Below are positions 1 to 12,980 of a stretch of 64,000 nucleotides of DNA, piece by piece. Position 1 is the first letter of the stretch; each line of letters opens with the position of its first letter. The DNA is taken from assembly GCA_951406725.2 (NCBI GenBank), contig OX597817.1, positions 91,388,001-91,452,000 of the forward strand. Reading direction: 5' to 3'. The notes below the pieces were generated by a model. The model was given only the letters and a program-made list of their open reading frames with translations, had not been told where the DNA came from and did no database searches. A program made the position numbers and the translations under genes. Source of the DNA: Octopus vulgaris (Eukaryota).

Positions 1-2734
1 ATACTCCGCAAATATAACATCACAGAAAAAGATTTACCTGAGATAAAAGAAAAGCTGAAGCAAGATATCCTTGCCAAAGCACAAAGGATCCGCTGGTACG
101 AGAAACGCCAGCGCCTCTTTGAACAAAACAAAAAGTTCAACTCCAAACCCAAAAAGTTCTACCAAGAACTTGGCAAAAATAAAATAGAAATCACTGCAGC
201 ACCAACGGCAGAAGAAGTGGAAGAATTCTAGAGAGAAATATGGTCGGCGAACGAATAACCAAAAAAATGGAGTATTAAAACAACAAACTCAGCATCTGAG
301 CAACTTTGGACCCCCATAACAACTGAAGAGGTCACCCAGGCACTGCAAAGACTAAGCAACTGGAAGGCACCTGGGCATGACAAGATCCCCAACTTCTGGT
401 TGAAATATCTAACAGGAATGCACAAAAAGCTGGCTGAAAACTTTAACAACATACTGGCAGAGCCAGAGACAATGCCTGAATGGCTCACGAAGTGGAAAAC
501 CATCTTAATTCCCAAACCAAATGAGACAGCAAAACCAGAAAACTACAGACCAATAACCTGTCTCCCTACAATGTACAAGGCATTTACTGTAGTGATATCA
601 CAAAGGTTGAACAAGCACCTGGACGAAAACAACCTGTTTCCAGAAGAGCAGAAAGGATGCCGCAAAGGCTCATATGGCTGTAAAGATCAACTAATGATTA
701 ATAAAGCCATAACTGAAGACAGCCACAGAAAGAAGAAAGACCTCAGTATGGCCTGGATCGACTACAAAAAGGCGTTTGATAGCATCCCCCACACATGGAT
801 CCTCAAAACACTAGCCATTAACAAAGTAGCACCAACAATTATAAAATTCATAGGGCACTCTATGAATAAATGGCAAACAGTGCTACAGCTCCAAACAAAA
901 GAGGGACTCATGAAAACCAAAGCCATCCCCATTAGAAGAGGAATATTCCAGGGAGACACGCTCTCTCCACTCCTTTTCTGCTTGGCACTGTCACCTCTAT
1001 CTGATATGTTAAATAGAACTGGATGCGGATATAAATGTTACGGCAAAACGATCAGCCACCTTTTATATATGGATGACATAAAACTATACGCTGCAAATGA
1101 CAAACAGCTGGAAACACTATTAAAGACAGTTCATGGATTTACCAAAGAAATAGATATGAAATTTGGATTAGAAAAATGCGCCAAAGTAACCATGAAAAGA
1201 GGAAAACTAGTTAAGTGTAGCAACATCACACTAGATAAAACCAATGAAATAAAAGAATTAGACCAAAGCCAAACTTACAAATACTTAGGAATCCATGAAC
1301 TAGATAAGACACAACACACACAAATGAAAGATAAAATAAAAAAAGAATATTATAGACGAGTTAGATCAATACTAAAAACAGGGCTCAATGCTAAAAACAA
1401 GATAACAGGTATTAACACTTTAGCTGTCCCAGTTATAAGTTACAGCTACAATATCCTTAACTGGACACTAAATGAACTGACCACAATAAATAGGAAAACA
1501 AGAAAAATAATGACAGGATCTAGGATGCATCACCCAAAATCTGACATAGAAAGACTATATATACAACGTATAGAAGGTGGTAGAGGCCTTATACAGCTGG
1601 AAAACTACTATAAAATAACCACCACAGGACTGCAAAAATATCTACTTCAGAAGGAAGGAAAATTGATACAAATAGCAGCAAAACACGAGCAAAACAAAAA
1701 AACTGTTCTCAGTATTTAAGGAAGCTGACAAATACAAACAAGAAATAATACCACCTAATAAATATGAAGAAAAAGAAGAAGAAGAAGAAGATGAAGAAAC
1801 AACAAAAGCTATAAAACAAATGAAATCCAAACTAAAAAATAGAACAGCAACGAACCATGATAAAATGATGGCAAGAAAAGCCCCTTCATGGTAAATACTG
1901 GACTAAACTAAACACAAAAGAAATAGACAAACAAAAATCCCAGCAATGGTTGAGAAGCTCAGGACTCAAAGCAGAGACAGAGGGATTTTTAATTGCAGCA
2001 CAAGACCAAAGCCTCCCCACCTGAAATTACCAAAAACATGTAATGAAAAGAAATATAACAAGTAACTGCAGAATATGTGGAGATGGACAAGAAACAATAA
2101 ATCATATTATCTCTGGCTGCCTAGTCCTGGCTAAGAAGGAATATATTCACAGACATGACAGAGTTGGAACTTACATACACTGGAAGCTATGCCAACATTA
2201 TGGAATAACAACAGAAAAAAGATGGTATAGACACACACCAGAAAAGGTCACAGAAAACGAGAAAGCAACCATACTCTGGGATATGCCGATACACACAGAT
2301 AGAGAAATTAAGGCCAACAGACCAGATATAGTTGTCAGAGATCATTTTGAAAAAAAATGCTTTCTAATTGATGTATCAATACCGGCAGATGACAACGTGT
2401 CTCTAAAAGAAATGGAGAAACTTTCAAAATACAAAGACCTGGAAATAGAGGTAACCAGAATGTGGAATCTAAAAACAGAAACAATCCCTATCATAGTAGG
2501 TGCATTAGGCATGATAAAAAAATATTCAGACAAATACATAACAAGAACACCAGGTCTTACAAACACATATAACATACAGAAAATTGCACTACTAGACACT
2601 GCACACATCCTACGCAGAACACTTTCCATACAATAACCATCAGAGCATCACAACAAATCACAGCACATACCCAAGGCACACAGAGCTGTGCTCGGTAGTG
2701 AAGTGAAAGCACGCTATAAAAATAAAACTACTGA
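1..2734 (+). mobile_element. R4/Dong-clade non-LTR retrotransposon (RT + CCHC + restriction-like endonuclease); 5' end outside the window, disrupted by stops and a frameshift
   Basis: ORF 400-1719 has RT motifs (KAPGHD just upstream, NYRPITCL, EEQKG, WIDYKKAFDS, GIFQGDTLSPLLF, LYMDD, YKYLG). ORF 2043-2636 has CRICGDGQETINHIISGC, RHD, RPDIVV...LIDVSIP and KLSKY (RLE). A ~100-bp 3'UTR runs straight into (AAT)n, the known Dong-type target. Confidence 0.93.
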
Positions 2735-2737
2735 ATG

Positions 2738-2798
<61 letters not shown>

Positions 2799-2855
2799 TA
2801 ATGATGATGATAATAATAATAATAATGATGATAATAATAATAATGATAATAATAA
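2735..2855. repeat. (AAT)n microsatellite, tail/target of the Dong element
   Basis: Direct reading; a few ATG/AAC variants. Confidence 0.95.
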
Positions 2856-2959
2856 TGTGCCTGGTGTACCCTTATCAGACGGGTAGTCATGATGGGTATA
2901 TTGGGCTTCGTATATTTTACACCAGTGTCACTTTGATGGCATGCACTGCTCTCTCACTC

Positions 2960-2960
<1 letters not shown>
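2856..2960 (+). mobile_element. 5'-truncated copy of the non-coding element at 3001-3558
   Basis: Near-identical to ~3454-3558 (gtgcc.ggtgtaccctta...gcactgctctctcactca) and followed by (AAT)n. Confidence 0.75.
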
Positions 2961-3000
<40 letters not shown>

Positions 3001-3002
<2 letters not shown>

Positions 3003-3558
3003 GCCCCGATGCAGTACCAGGCAGTGGCTCTCATGGCTTCTGATCTTAACTGATTGGAAGTGTTATCATGTACATTGTTTTGTCTTGGTATAAAAGATGG
3101 GCTACAGCAAATATTCTGCTCAATACCACAAATTTGCTTGTCAGTTGTTTGACCTTAACCAGTTGAGCATGTCCCTTAGTGGCTGACGATATGTGCATCT
3201 CTAATCACAAACAGAAACAGTGGTGGGGCATCATAGCCAAGTGTTTAGAGGGATTCTTTGAGGTTTGAATAATTCACCTCTGGAAAAATGGGTGTTTTGT
3301 TCAACATCCTTAAACAACCCTTATTCAGGGACCTTTTGAGTGGGGTGGGTTACTCAACCTGAAGAAAATTCTAACTGGGCCCCATCTGCAAGGTCATGTG
3401 CTGTTTATCTTGATATGAGATCACCATGTCGCGCACATATGGTTGTGATGCATGTGCCGAGTGTACCCTTAAGTGATGGGTTGTCATGATGGATATACTG
3501 GGCTTCGTATATTTTACCCCAGTGTCACTTTGATGGCATGCACTGCTCTCTCACTCAA
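3001..3558 (+). mobile_element. ~555-bp non-coding interspersed element embedded in (AAT)n (probable non-autonomous retroposon)
   Basis: Flanked on both sides by (AAT)n; its terminal ~105 bp is duplicated at 2856-2960; no meaningful ORF. Orientation is inferred from the truncated copy. Confidence 0.65.
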
Positions 3559-3890
<332 letters not shown>

Positions 3891-5039
3891 ATTATTATTA
3901 TTAATTTTAATTGTTGCTGTTGTTTTTGAATCCTATACAATTCATATATTTGTTCCCCAGATATCTAGTACTATATTATTTAATGTTCTTTTCTTTTCAA
4001 ATGGTAGTGTGTAATTTGAGGAAGTTTTGGCTGCTATTTCTAGCATATTAGCAACTATACAGAGGCTGTCCTTGTTGGCTTGTTTAGTTGTTTGCTGTTA
4101 TTTTGTTACTGGCGGGGTTTTAGAATGACTTCTGTTGATTGCAGAAACTTCAGATTTCTCCATGGTTGTTGGCAATCGACGTTTAGCTGGACCTCTTTGA
4201 ACCTGTCTGGCTCTTTGCCCGAAGCCAAGACATTGCAGAGATTCAGTAATGTAGTGCTTGGTTGGAGAAACACATAGCAGCAGTAAGAGTTTAGCATCAC
4301 CACCTACAATATATGAAATATATTGAGAATATGTAGAAAACACATAAAATAACATGAATCACATGTAAAATATATTGAAAACAAAATATAGAGAAAATAT
4401 CTGTAAAATATATGAAAAATATAAGGCTGTTATTTTAAAGAAATATTAAGAATAACAATAGAACAGTTACTGACTGGTGATAGTGGACACTCAATGATAA
4501 AAGTAGAATTTCACCTGGTAAAATTAGTAATAACAAATTTGATAATACATGTAATTATATATAAAATTGAATAGGATATGTGTGTAATATATAATACAAT
4601 ATAATATACATTTATACATTTGTTTTGCAAGATTCTTGTTGTGAAAATGTGTGTTAAAACAGATATTGTTAAACTTGGGGATAATAACTTTTTCTTTTGC
4701 CAATAGAATATGTGTGTTATTTATTTCATCTTCACTTTACTTTTTATTTGTATTATTTTACGACAGACATAGAGATGTAGACACACATGCAGATAGAGAT
4801 ACATACTACAGAAGGACAAAATGGAATAAGCAGGACAGGAGGAGACATATGGGACAGAGAGTCACTGAAGAGGCCACGGAATGTGTGAGGAAAGAACCAA
4901 CAAATAAACTAAAAATAATACAAATAAAACTAAAATGAAGATCAAATAAATAATGCATGTGTTTAATTGGCAAAAATAAAAATAAATGACCATCCCCAAG
5001 TATAACAATAACAGTATGATGTAATATATCATATACTAT

Positions 5040-5165
5040 ACAAGGCTTTGGTGGGTGCAAGGCTATAGTAGAAGACACTTGCCCAAGGTACCACACAGTG
5101 GGACTGAACCCAGAACCATGTGGTTGGTAAGCAAGCTACTTACCACACAGCCACTCCTATGCCTA
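5040..5165 (-). mobile_element. tRNA-derived SINE head (CORE-like family)
   Basis: Minus strand reads aggagtggctgtgtggtaag (A box)...ggttcagtccc (B box)...ccttgggcaagtgtcttctactatagcc. Confidence 0.8.
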
Positions 5166-5871
5166 CAAATGTTAGACTTCAACAGAAGATGCAGTATGGA
5201 TGAATGCTTAGGACGTTTGTTTTTCAACCATGAGATGCCTGATTCAGTTCTACCTTGCCACACTTTGAGTAAACATCGTTGTCTATAGCTTTGGAGTAAC
5301 CCATACCTTGAGCATGAAATTGAGTAGAGGAAAACAGTATAGAATCCCATCAGATGGATTGTACTTGTAATCCAAAAGGAGACAGCTTTGTCATACATTG
5401 TGTCATACTGATCCTATCAGAGAATTACTTTAAGAGTACTCATGTGTCTGTGGAATTTTCACCCTCTTACATGTTAATTCAAGAGCAGGTTATTCAATTG
5501 ACTGAACAAATACATCCTCATGGAACACCATATCACTGACTGTGACTGAACTTTCATAACCATAATTATCACTGTTGTAATGAATATGGTCCTTCTCCTC
5601 ATCATTATCAACATCACCACTACTGCTACCATCATTGCCACTACTGTCCCTGTTTTATTGCCATACATCATCTCAATGTATGTACCATACATTAACAACA
5701 CACAGTCTATTGCATCCACATCTTTCAGTTATTATCAATGGGTGGTGGCTGGGTTAGACTTTGTAAATTCATTAGAATCAGTAGGAGTTCACTTTCAGCT
5801 CCTGTGAAACAAGGTCTCCCAACTGTGTTGTAGTAACAGGCCAACAAGAACTCTCTATGGTCACTTGACAT

Positions 5872-6362
5872 CTTTTTCTTCTTTAATCCCTAGCTGATGA
5901 CTGGAGGGGAAGGCTATCCTCTCGACCAATACTCTGATGTGGTGCTGCTGGATGATATTATTCCATGTACTCTGGCGATGATATTATTCCATGCTTTCTG
6001 GTCTATGGTGCTGGCCTTTGTATGCTCAAGCTTGAGGTGCTGTGATTTCAGGTCAACCTCGATTTGTTTTGCCCATGTCTTCTTTCCTACTTTGCACTGG
6101 ATTCTCCAGGGCATGGATCACTGCTGCCACAAAAGTTGGTATGGTAGTCTTCTAGTGCTCATCCAGCAGACATAGCCAAACCGCTGTAGCCTCCGCTGCT
6201 GGACTTGGTCTTCTATGGTTGGCTGTGGCTGGCATTGTTCTCAAATGTTGTTTGAGATTCAGTCATGAAGATGACACCCCATTTGAAATACCTCAAGCTT
6301 GTTCAGGCTTCAGTGCTGTAGAGTACAACAGGCAGAATCAACATGTTGAAAAGATGGATCTT
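5872..6362 (-). mobile_element. 5'-truncated RTE-clade LINE 3' fragment with 12-bp TSD
   Basis: Minus translation ...QVQQRRLQRFGYVCWM..RLPYQLLW...KKTWAKQIEVDL resembles the RTE C-terminus; gtcacttgacat is duplicated at 5860-5871 and 6363-6374. Confidence 0.75.
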
Positions 6363-6852
6363 GTCACTTGACATGCTATAACTAGTAGCCAAGGCTCCTT
6401 CAAATCACAACCTACTGTCTTATAAAAGGGATGACGCACCTTCTAACCACACAGCTATGCCTGTGCCTTTGGGTGTAATGTTGAAATGAACCAGGGATTC
6501 ATTGATGAAGACAAGTAAAGTAGATCTAGGTGGAAATAGAAATCAGGTTGCATGTTATAGAAGAACTGTCATATGATCAGAGGCTTGGATGGGGTAGAAG
6601 GGTGGATAATTATTGCATGTGTTTGTGTGTTGTGGGGGTAAGTGTATATGTAGGTGGGTACCACAGCCAATTAGAGTTCAGGTTGCAGAAGGATGGGGGA
6701 GGCTGGAGAGGTGTTAGAAAGGTAAAGGGACAGGAAGGGAGGGCTCGACATGATGGTGGCAAAGTGGTTTGGTGAAATGTAAAGAGAAAGTAGGTGGTGG
6801 AGGAGAAAATTATGAGGAGTGCAGAGAGAAAATGATAGGAGAAGACAGAGAG

Positions 6853-6895
<43 letters not shown>

Positions 6896-7489
6896 AAAAT
6901 CACAGCAACAGTGGGTAGTTGTGAAAGGATGGATACATTAAAGAAGTAGAGCAGAGAAGAAGGAAGAGGGTAGCTGGGAATTAATAGAAACAATTCTAGT
7001 GAAGTGGGTTATAGGGGGCAAACAAATTAGTGCAAAGTGAGAGAAAGAGAGAGAGGGGCAATGCCAGAAGCTAGGAACAATATTGGGATAGGAGGGGATC
7101 AGGGAGAAGGTACAGGAAGACGTGAGGAGGTAAAGAGAGAGAGAGGGAAAGAGAGAGAGGGAGAGATGGAGGAGGAAGAGAAATGGGGTTGGAAGAATTA
7201 GTGGTAGAAAAACAATTAGTATGTGTGTGCATGTGCATGTGTGTGTATGTGTCTGTGTGTCTGTTTACGTGTGCACTCGCACGTGTGTGTGAATATATGT
7301 GTGCATCTGTTACAGAGAATGAGGAGGCAAGAAGTGAGAAAAGAATAATTAAAGAAATCAATGATGAGAGAGAGAGAGAGATATGCTTCAAGAGAGAGAA
7401 GAGAGATGATACACATATCTATAGACAAATATATATATATATATATACCCATGCTAGCATGGAAAGCGACGTTAAATGATGATGATGAT

Positions 7490-7511
7490 GATATACACAC
7501 ACACATATATA

Positions 7512-7561
<50 letters not shown>

Positions 7562-7691
7562 TATACATATATATATATACATACACACAAACATACACAT
7601 GCATATACAAGTGAGTGTAAATGTGTTTGTATCTTTGTATACATATGTAGTATGCCTATATTTATGTATATATAGATATATATATATGTAA

Positions 7692-7742
<51 letters not shown>

Positions 7743-7915
7743 CATATATATATTTGTACACACATAATACAGATAGATAGGTTAGTAAGTAGGTAGACAA
7801 ACAGGATAGACAAAGGAGCAGACAGATAGAGGGGCAGATAGACAGACAGACAAGCAAGCAGACTAGATAGATAGATAGATAGATAGATACATACATACAT
7901 AAGAGGGAGAGAGAG

Positions 7916-7950
<35 letters not shown>
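7490..7950. repeat. Compound (TA)n/(CA)n/(GATA)n/(GA)n microsatellite block
   Basis: Direct reading. Confidence 0.9.
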
Positions 7951-7952
<2 letters not shown>

Positions 7953-9574
7953 GGGCAGTCAGATAGAAACCCCAATAGAAAAGGAAAAGAGGGAATGGGT
8001 GGGTAAGAAGGGAAGATGTAAAGAGTTTCCCTCCCTAAACTTCATTACCATTCAATTAATCTAATTATTTATATCTTACCACCACCAGCACCACCACCTT
8101 TATTAACATTTTTTTCTTTCCTCTCTTTCATACTAGATTTTCTATCTTTTTGTCTTGTTTTATATATTTCTTTTCCTGGCTCTCAGAACTTTGTAGGATA
8201 AGGAAAACAGCAAAATCCCTTTAATTATACAACTGTAACCAAACAAAACACAGAAATCTGCAACAGTTGCAGCATATTGCTGCATTTACCTGCAACTGAC
8301 ACATGCATGCTTATAATGTTTTATATTCCTCAGAACCTGCATATCTTGTTTTTGGATAATGGTAGTGTGGTATTGGTGGTGGTGGTCATGGTGTTGGTTG
8401 GTTGGTTGGTTGATTAATGAAAGGTGGTGATGGAAGTGGTGGTGATTGTTGGTAGTTGGTGATGTAGTGTGATGGTGATGGTGGGGTTGTTGTTATTGTT
8501 GGTGGTGATGATAATATTTGTTGCTGTTGTTGTTGTTGGTGATGGTGGTGGTGTTGGTGGGGATGTAGTAGTTGGCACTTTTGTGTTTTAGGGGATTTTG
8601 CATGTGTGTGTGTGTGCATTTGTGTGTGAATGCGTGTATGTGTATATATGTGTATGCATGTAAGTTACAGGCATCATTTTTCCTATCTTCCTTATTACTT
8701 ATAAAGTGTGATGGTTAAATCTTTATTGACCCACACATACACACGCCCCTTTTCTCCTTTCCCCTTTTCCCTCTCTTCAACAATGGAATGAATTTTGGTA
8801 ACAGAGGAACCACTAAACACAAAGACTTGTATATTTTACAGGATCCTATTAGTGGAAATAAAATGTTATGACTTAGTTGTGGAAATTATGCCAAGTAGAC
8901 AGAAATCAACTGGAAAATTATAAAGAGAAAGCAAAAAATAACTGTCAAGGAAAGTCCTAACACCAACTACCCTGCAGAATGGGCTGAGTGCTTTTTACAT
9001 GGCATTAGCACAGGCAAATAGTTCTCAAGGAGATTTAGTGGGATACAAAGTGACAAGGCTGGCCCTTTGAAATACAGGTACTACTCATTTTTACTAGCTG
9101 AGAGGACAGGAGCAAGGTGAAATAAAGTGTCAAACTCAAGGACACCACACACTACTGTAAATTGAACTCGCAATTGTGAGCCAAAAAACAATAACCACTA
9201 AGCCACATGGCAGCCCAAATTTTCAATCGGTTTCATGTTCAAATTAACCAGGCCCAGCCTTTCAAACCTACCCTACAATATCTTGCTAAAAATAAACCAA
9301 CACATTGTCAAAGTGACAAAATAGTGCATGATTAATTCACTGAATGTTAAAGGGTTAAACAGTTGCAAGTTGTTGGCTGAGAAAGGACAAATGCAGAATG
9401 GGAATTCCAGAAGGCCAATGTTCTGGTGAGGAAGGACTAGGAAAAGTGGTTAGTAAGTTGTTAGGGAAGGGGTAGACACAATATGGATGATGAAAGAAGA
9501 GAAAAATAAGTCCAGAGAACTTAAGTGGAAATGGTCAGGAGCCAGCCAGGCTCACTAAGTAGAAGTTATTCTAG

Positions 9575-9585
9575 TAATAGTAGCT

Positions 9586-9660
<75 letters not shown>
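9575..9660. repeat. Compound (CAG)n-(TAG)n microsatellite
   Basis: Direct reading. Confidence 0.95.
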
Positions 9661-9661
<1 letters not shown>

Positions 9662-10814
9662 AGAAGCAGCGAAAGGGCTAGAATATGTGTGGGCTAGAGG
9701 TCAGAGCCTGTCTAGAAGGGATTTTATGGCAATCAAGGGAATGACTTGTCTTTGGACACAGTTCAGTAATTCAGTAATGACTTAGTAGCAGCATTGCTCT
9801 CACATACAAAAGGATTAGTGGTTGTTCTCTGATCCTAAAGAGAAGAACCAGTCATTGTAATGCAGTCTTTAGCTATATTTGCCCTCACATTCCAGTTATC
9901 TATATGAGATGTAACGTTAAGCAATTCTTGAAATGTTTAAGCCAATCACATCTTGATGTTGCAAAGTTTTAAACCCTTAGCTCCAAGGTTTTTTTTAAAG
10001 TTATCATATATATTATATGATATATACTCATTGCCTAAGTATTGAACCTGAATTGTGTTTAAACATAAAAACATAACCAGGACCTTGTTAGAGATTAATG
10101 ACATCAGCAAGCAACTGGTCAATCAAATCTCTGGTTGAAATTGCTGTATCTAAATGCAAAAATCAACTAAGAAACATAAAAGTGATTCAGTCAAGGATTG
10201 ATAATGTCAGTGAAGAAGTAACTACTTGAATCTCTGATAGAAACAAGATGTCATTAGTATTTTGTTTGTGGTACTCTTTTCCCTTAACAGTACCATCACC
10301 TACAGAACCGGCTGTCTACAAGCTGCCCATGGTAGTGCACAACTGAAACCAGACTGATGCTAGAAGACACACCACTCACAGCTATTGTCCTCGGCAGGCA
10401 ACAGAGCTCAGAAACTCCTGAATTGTTTAAACTAGAATAAGTATTTCTTTTCTGTCATTCATAGTAACAGTAATGTGTTTCATTTAATGATAAATAAATA
10501 TTTTGTATTCTTGTTCTTGGTTCCATCTCTCAACTCAAACAAATCATCACACAAATGGCAACCAAATCAAAATATTCTTATCACCAAATACTCAAAGTGT
10601 TCAACAATACAGTCATGTCGGCACCTATACGCTACACCTTTTTTTGTTCATAGTAAACATTATGAGTGCTTTTTCTTACCACTTAATCCAAAACCATACA
10701 ATAACAAAAACCAAGCACTTAGACTAAAACCAAACATTAGAATTGTGTATGGCAAACTTCCTAGCAGTTTGTCAGCCAGCTACTTTCAATTTGTACATTT
10801 CTTCACTCTACATA

Positions 10815-11187
10815 TCTTCTATTTCTTACTTGTTTCATTAGACAGTGGCCATACTGGAGCACTGTCTTGAAGAATTTTTAGACGAATGAATCAACCACAG
10901 GACTTATCTTTCTCCTTTTTTTTTTTTTTTGAAGCTTGGTACTTATTCTATCTGTATCTTTTGCTAAACTTCTAAGTTATGGGGATGTAAACACACCAAC
11001 ACCAGTTGTCAAGCAGTGGAGGACAAACACAAACAAAGACACACATGCACGCACATACATATCATTATCAATCTCATTTAACGTCTGTATTCCATGCAAG
11101 CATGGGTGGGATGGTACCACGAGAGCTAGTCAGGCCAAGCCTACACCAAACTTCTGTGATTGTTTTGACAAGATTTTTACTACAGTT

Positions 11188-11232
<45 letters not shown>

Positions 11233-11700
11233 TCATCTTTTATCCTTTACTTATTTTAGTCACTAGAATGTGGCCATGCTGGAGCACTGCCTTGAAGAAT
11301 TATTTTTTCTTAGCTGAACTTATCAACCCAAGTATTTATTCTTTTGTCTATAAACCTTTTACTTATTCTGTCAATCTCTTTTGCTGAACTGCTAACACCT
11401 GGTGTCAAGTCATGGTGGAAGGACAAACACAAATACAAAGAGACACACACACAGATTCCATCTACCAAATCTGCCCACATCGCTTTGCTGGCCTAAAACC
11501 ATAGTAGAAGACACTTGCCCAAGACACCATGCAATGGGACTGGACCCAAAACCATGTAGTTGGGAGGGCTTCTTTCAATTTTTATCTACCAGATCCACTC
11601 GCAAGGCTTTGGTCAATCCGAAGGTACAATGCAGTGGAACTGAACCCAGAACCATGTAGTTGGGAAGCAAATTTCTTACCACACAGCAACACTTGTACCT
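10815..11700 (-). mobile_element. Cluster of degenerate CORE-like SINE pieces plus an RTE-tail piece (~11055-11130)
   Basis: Repeated ggccatgctggagcac, gtacttattctat, agaagacacttgccc and gaacccagaaccatg motifs; tttaacgtctgtattccatgcaagcatggg is the reverse complement of the RTE tail. Confidence 0.7.
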
Positions 11701-11730
11701 ATTTATCTATTTGTCTCAGCTTCTTATAAT

Positions 11731-11947
11731 ACTCTTTACTCTTTTACTCTTTTACTTGTTTCAGTCATTTGACTGCGGCCATGCTGGAGCACCGCCTTTA
11801 GTCGAGCAAATCGACCCCAGGACTTATTCTTTGTAAGCCCACTACTTATTCTATCGGTCTCTTTTGCCGAACCGCTAAGTGATGGGGATCTAAACACACC
11901 AGCATTGGTTGTCAAGCAATGCTAGGGGGACAAACACAGACACACAA

Positions 11948-11978
<31 letters not shown>

Positions 11979-12086
11979 CATATATACGACAGGCTTCTTT
12001 CAGTTTCCGTCTACCAAATCCACTCACAAGGCATTGGTCGGCCCGGGGCTATAGCAGAAGACGCTTGCCCAAGATGCCATGCAGTG
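11731..12086 (-). mobile_element. tRNA-derived CORE-like SINE lacking most of its head
   Basis: Tail (ttactct)n tgtttcagtcatttgactgcggccatgctggagcacc...; internal (CA)/(TA) tract; ends in agacgcttgcccaag. Same family as 27322-27692 and 55806-56352. Confidence 0.85.
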
Positions 12087-12980
12087 TTCATTATTATATA
12101 TAAATGGCCAGTAGAAAGGCAACTTGTTACTGAAAAATTAGGAGACATTTTGCAAGCTCCACATCTGAGAAAGATCAGACAAACCCTGCTGCATAAGCAT
12201 ATGAATTTATATCAGTTAAATAGAATACCGTGTTTAGGTTTCCTTGTTAACTGAATATGTTAAATATTGATGTAGCTTAAAAGAGTCAAATCTCTATCAA
12301 GACAGTAGATATATACAGATTGTATCTTAGATGAGGTTCGTGAAATAAAATAAAAATTGAATGAATAGAATTATTACCCATTATTATATATTTACATATT
12401 TATTTATATTTTACTGATTTGAAAATATGAGTTACCAATGAAAGAAGAGAAAAATAAAAGTTTAAAAAATTTGGTTTTGAGAGGCATACAATATGCGAAC
12501 TTTTTTTAGTTTTACATTATTTCACACAGACATTATAATGAGAACTGCTTCAATGTGTGTATGTGTGTGGTGTGTGTGTATGTGTATATATGTATAATAC
12601 ATATATATAGTTATGTTATGTTCTGTTAGGAACATGGTAGAGTACAGTATAAAGCTCGCCAACCTTTGGAATTACCCAGTACTATTGGTAGTATTATTAT
12701 AAACTTCCAAGTTCAATTTTGGGCATTTGTCATATGTGAATGTAAATTGAAGAAATTGGAGTCAAGAAGAAGGAGTACAACTGGACATTCATTTATTATC
12801 CGGTATTTGATTATACAACTGTTTGTTTGCATCTACTACCATTCATAGCAGTTGAACAAATGCACTCTCATGGAAAACACCAAGGGTCCATCAGCAATGA
12901 CTAAATTCAAACTACGTGGGACAGAGAAGATGGCCTTGGAGCTGACAATTTAAAGCTAATGGAGACAACACTCATATATA

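Noticed and set aside
7216-7975. Long ORFs rich in YI/CV/LSIY/N/S repeats (also near 2735, 3473, 9525, 19322, 26861, 31104, 44234, 45595, 55930, 56532)
   Set aside because: Translations of microsatellites that happen to lack stop codons; no protein signal.
8180-8345. Possible host exon between low-complexity tracts (also ~20349-20460)
   Set aside because: Splice-like signals are present but frames close quickly and no protein family is recognisable.
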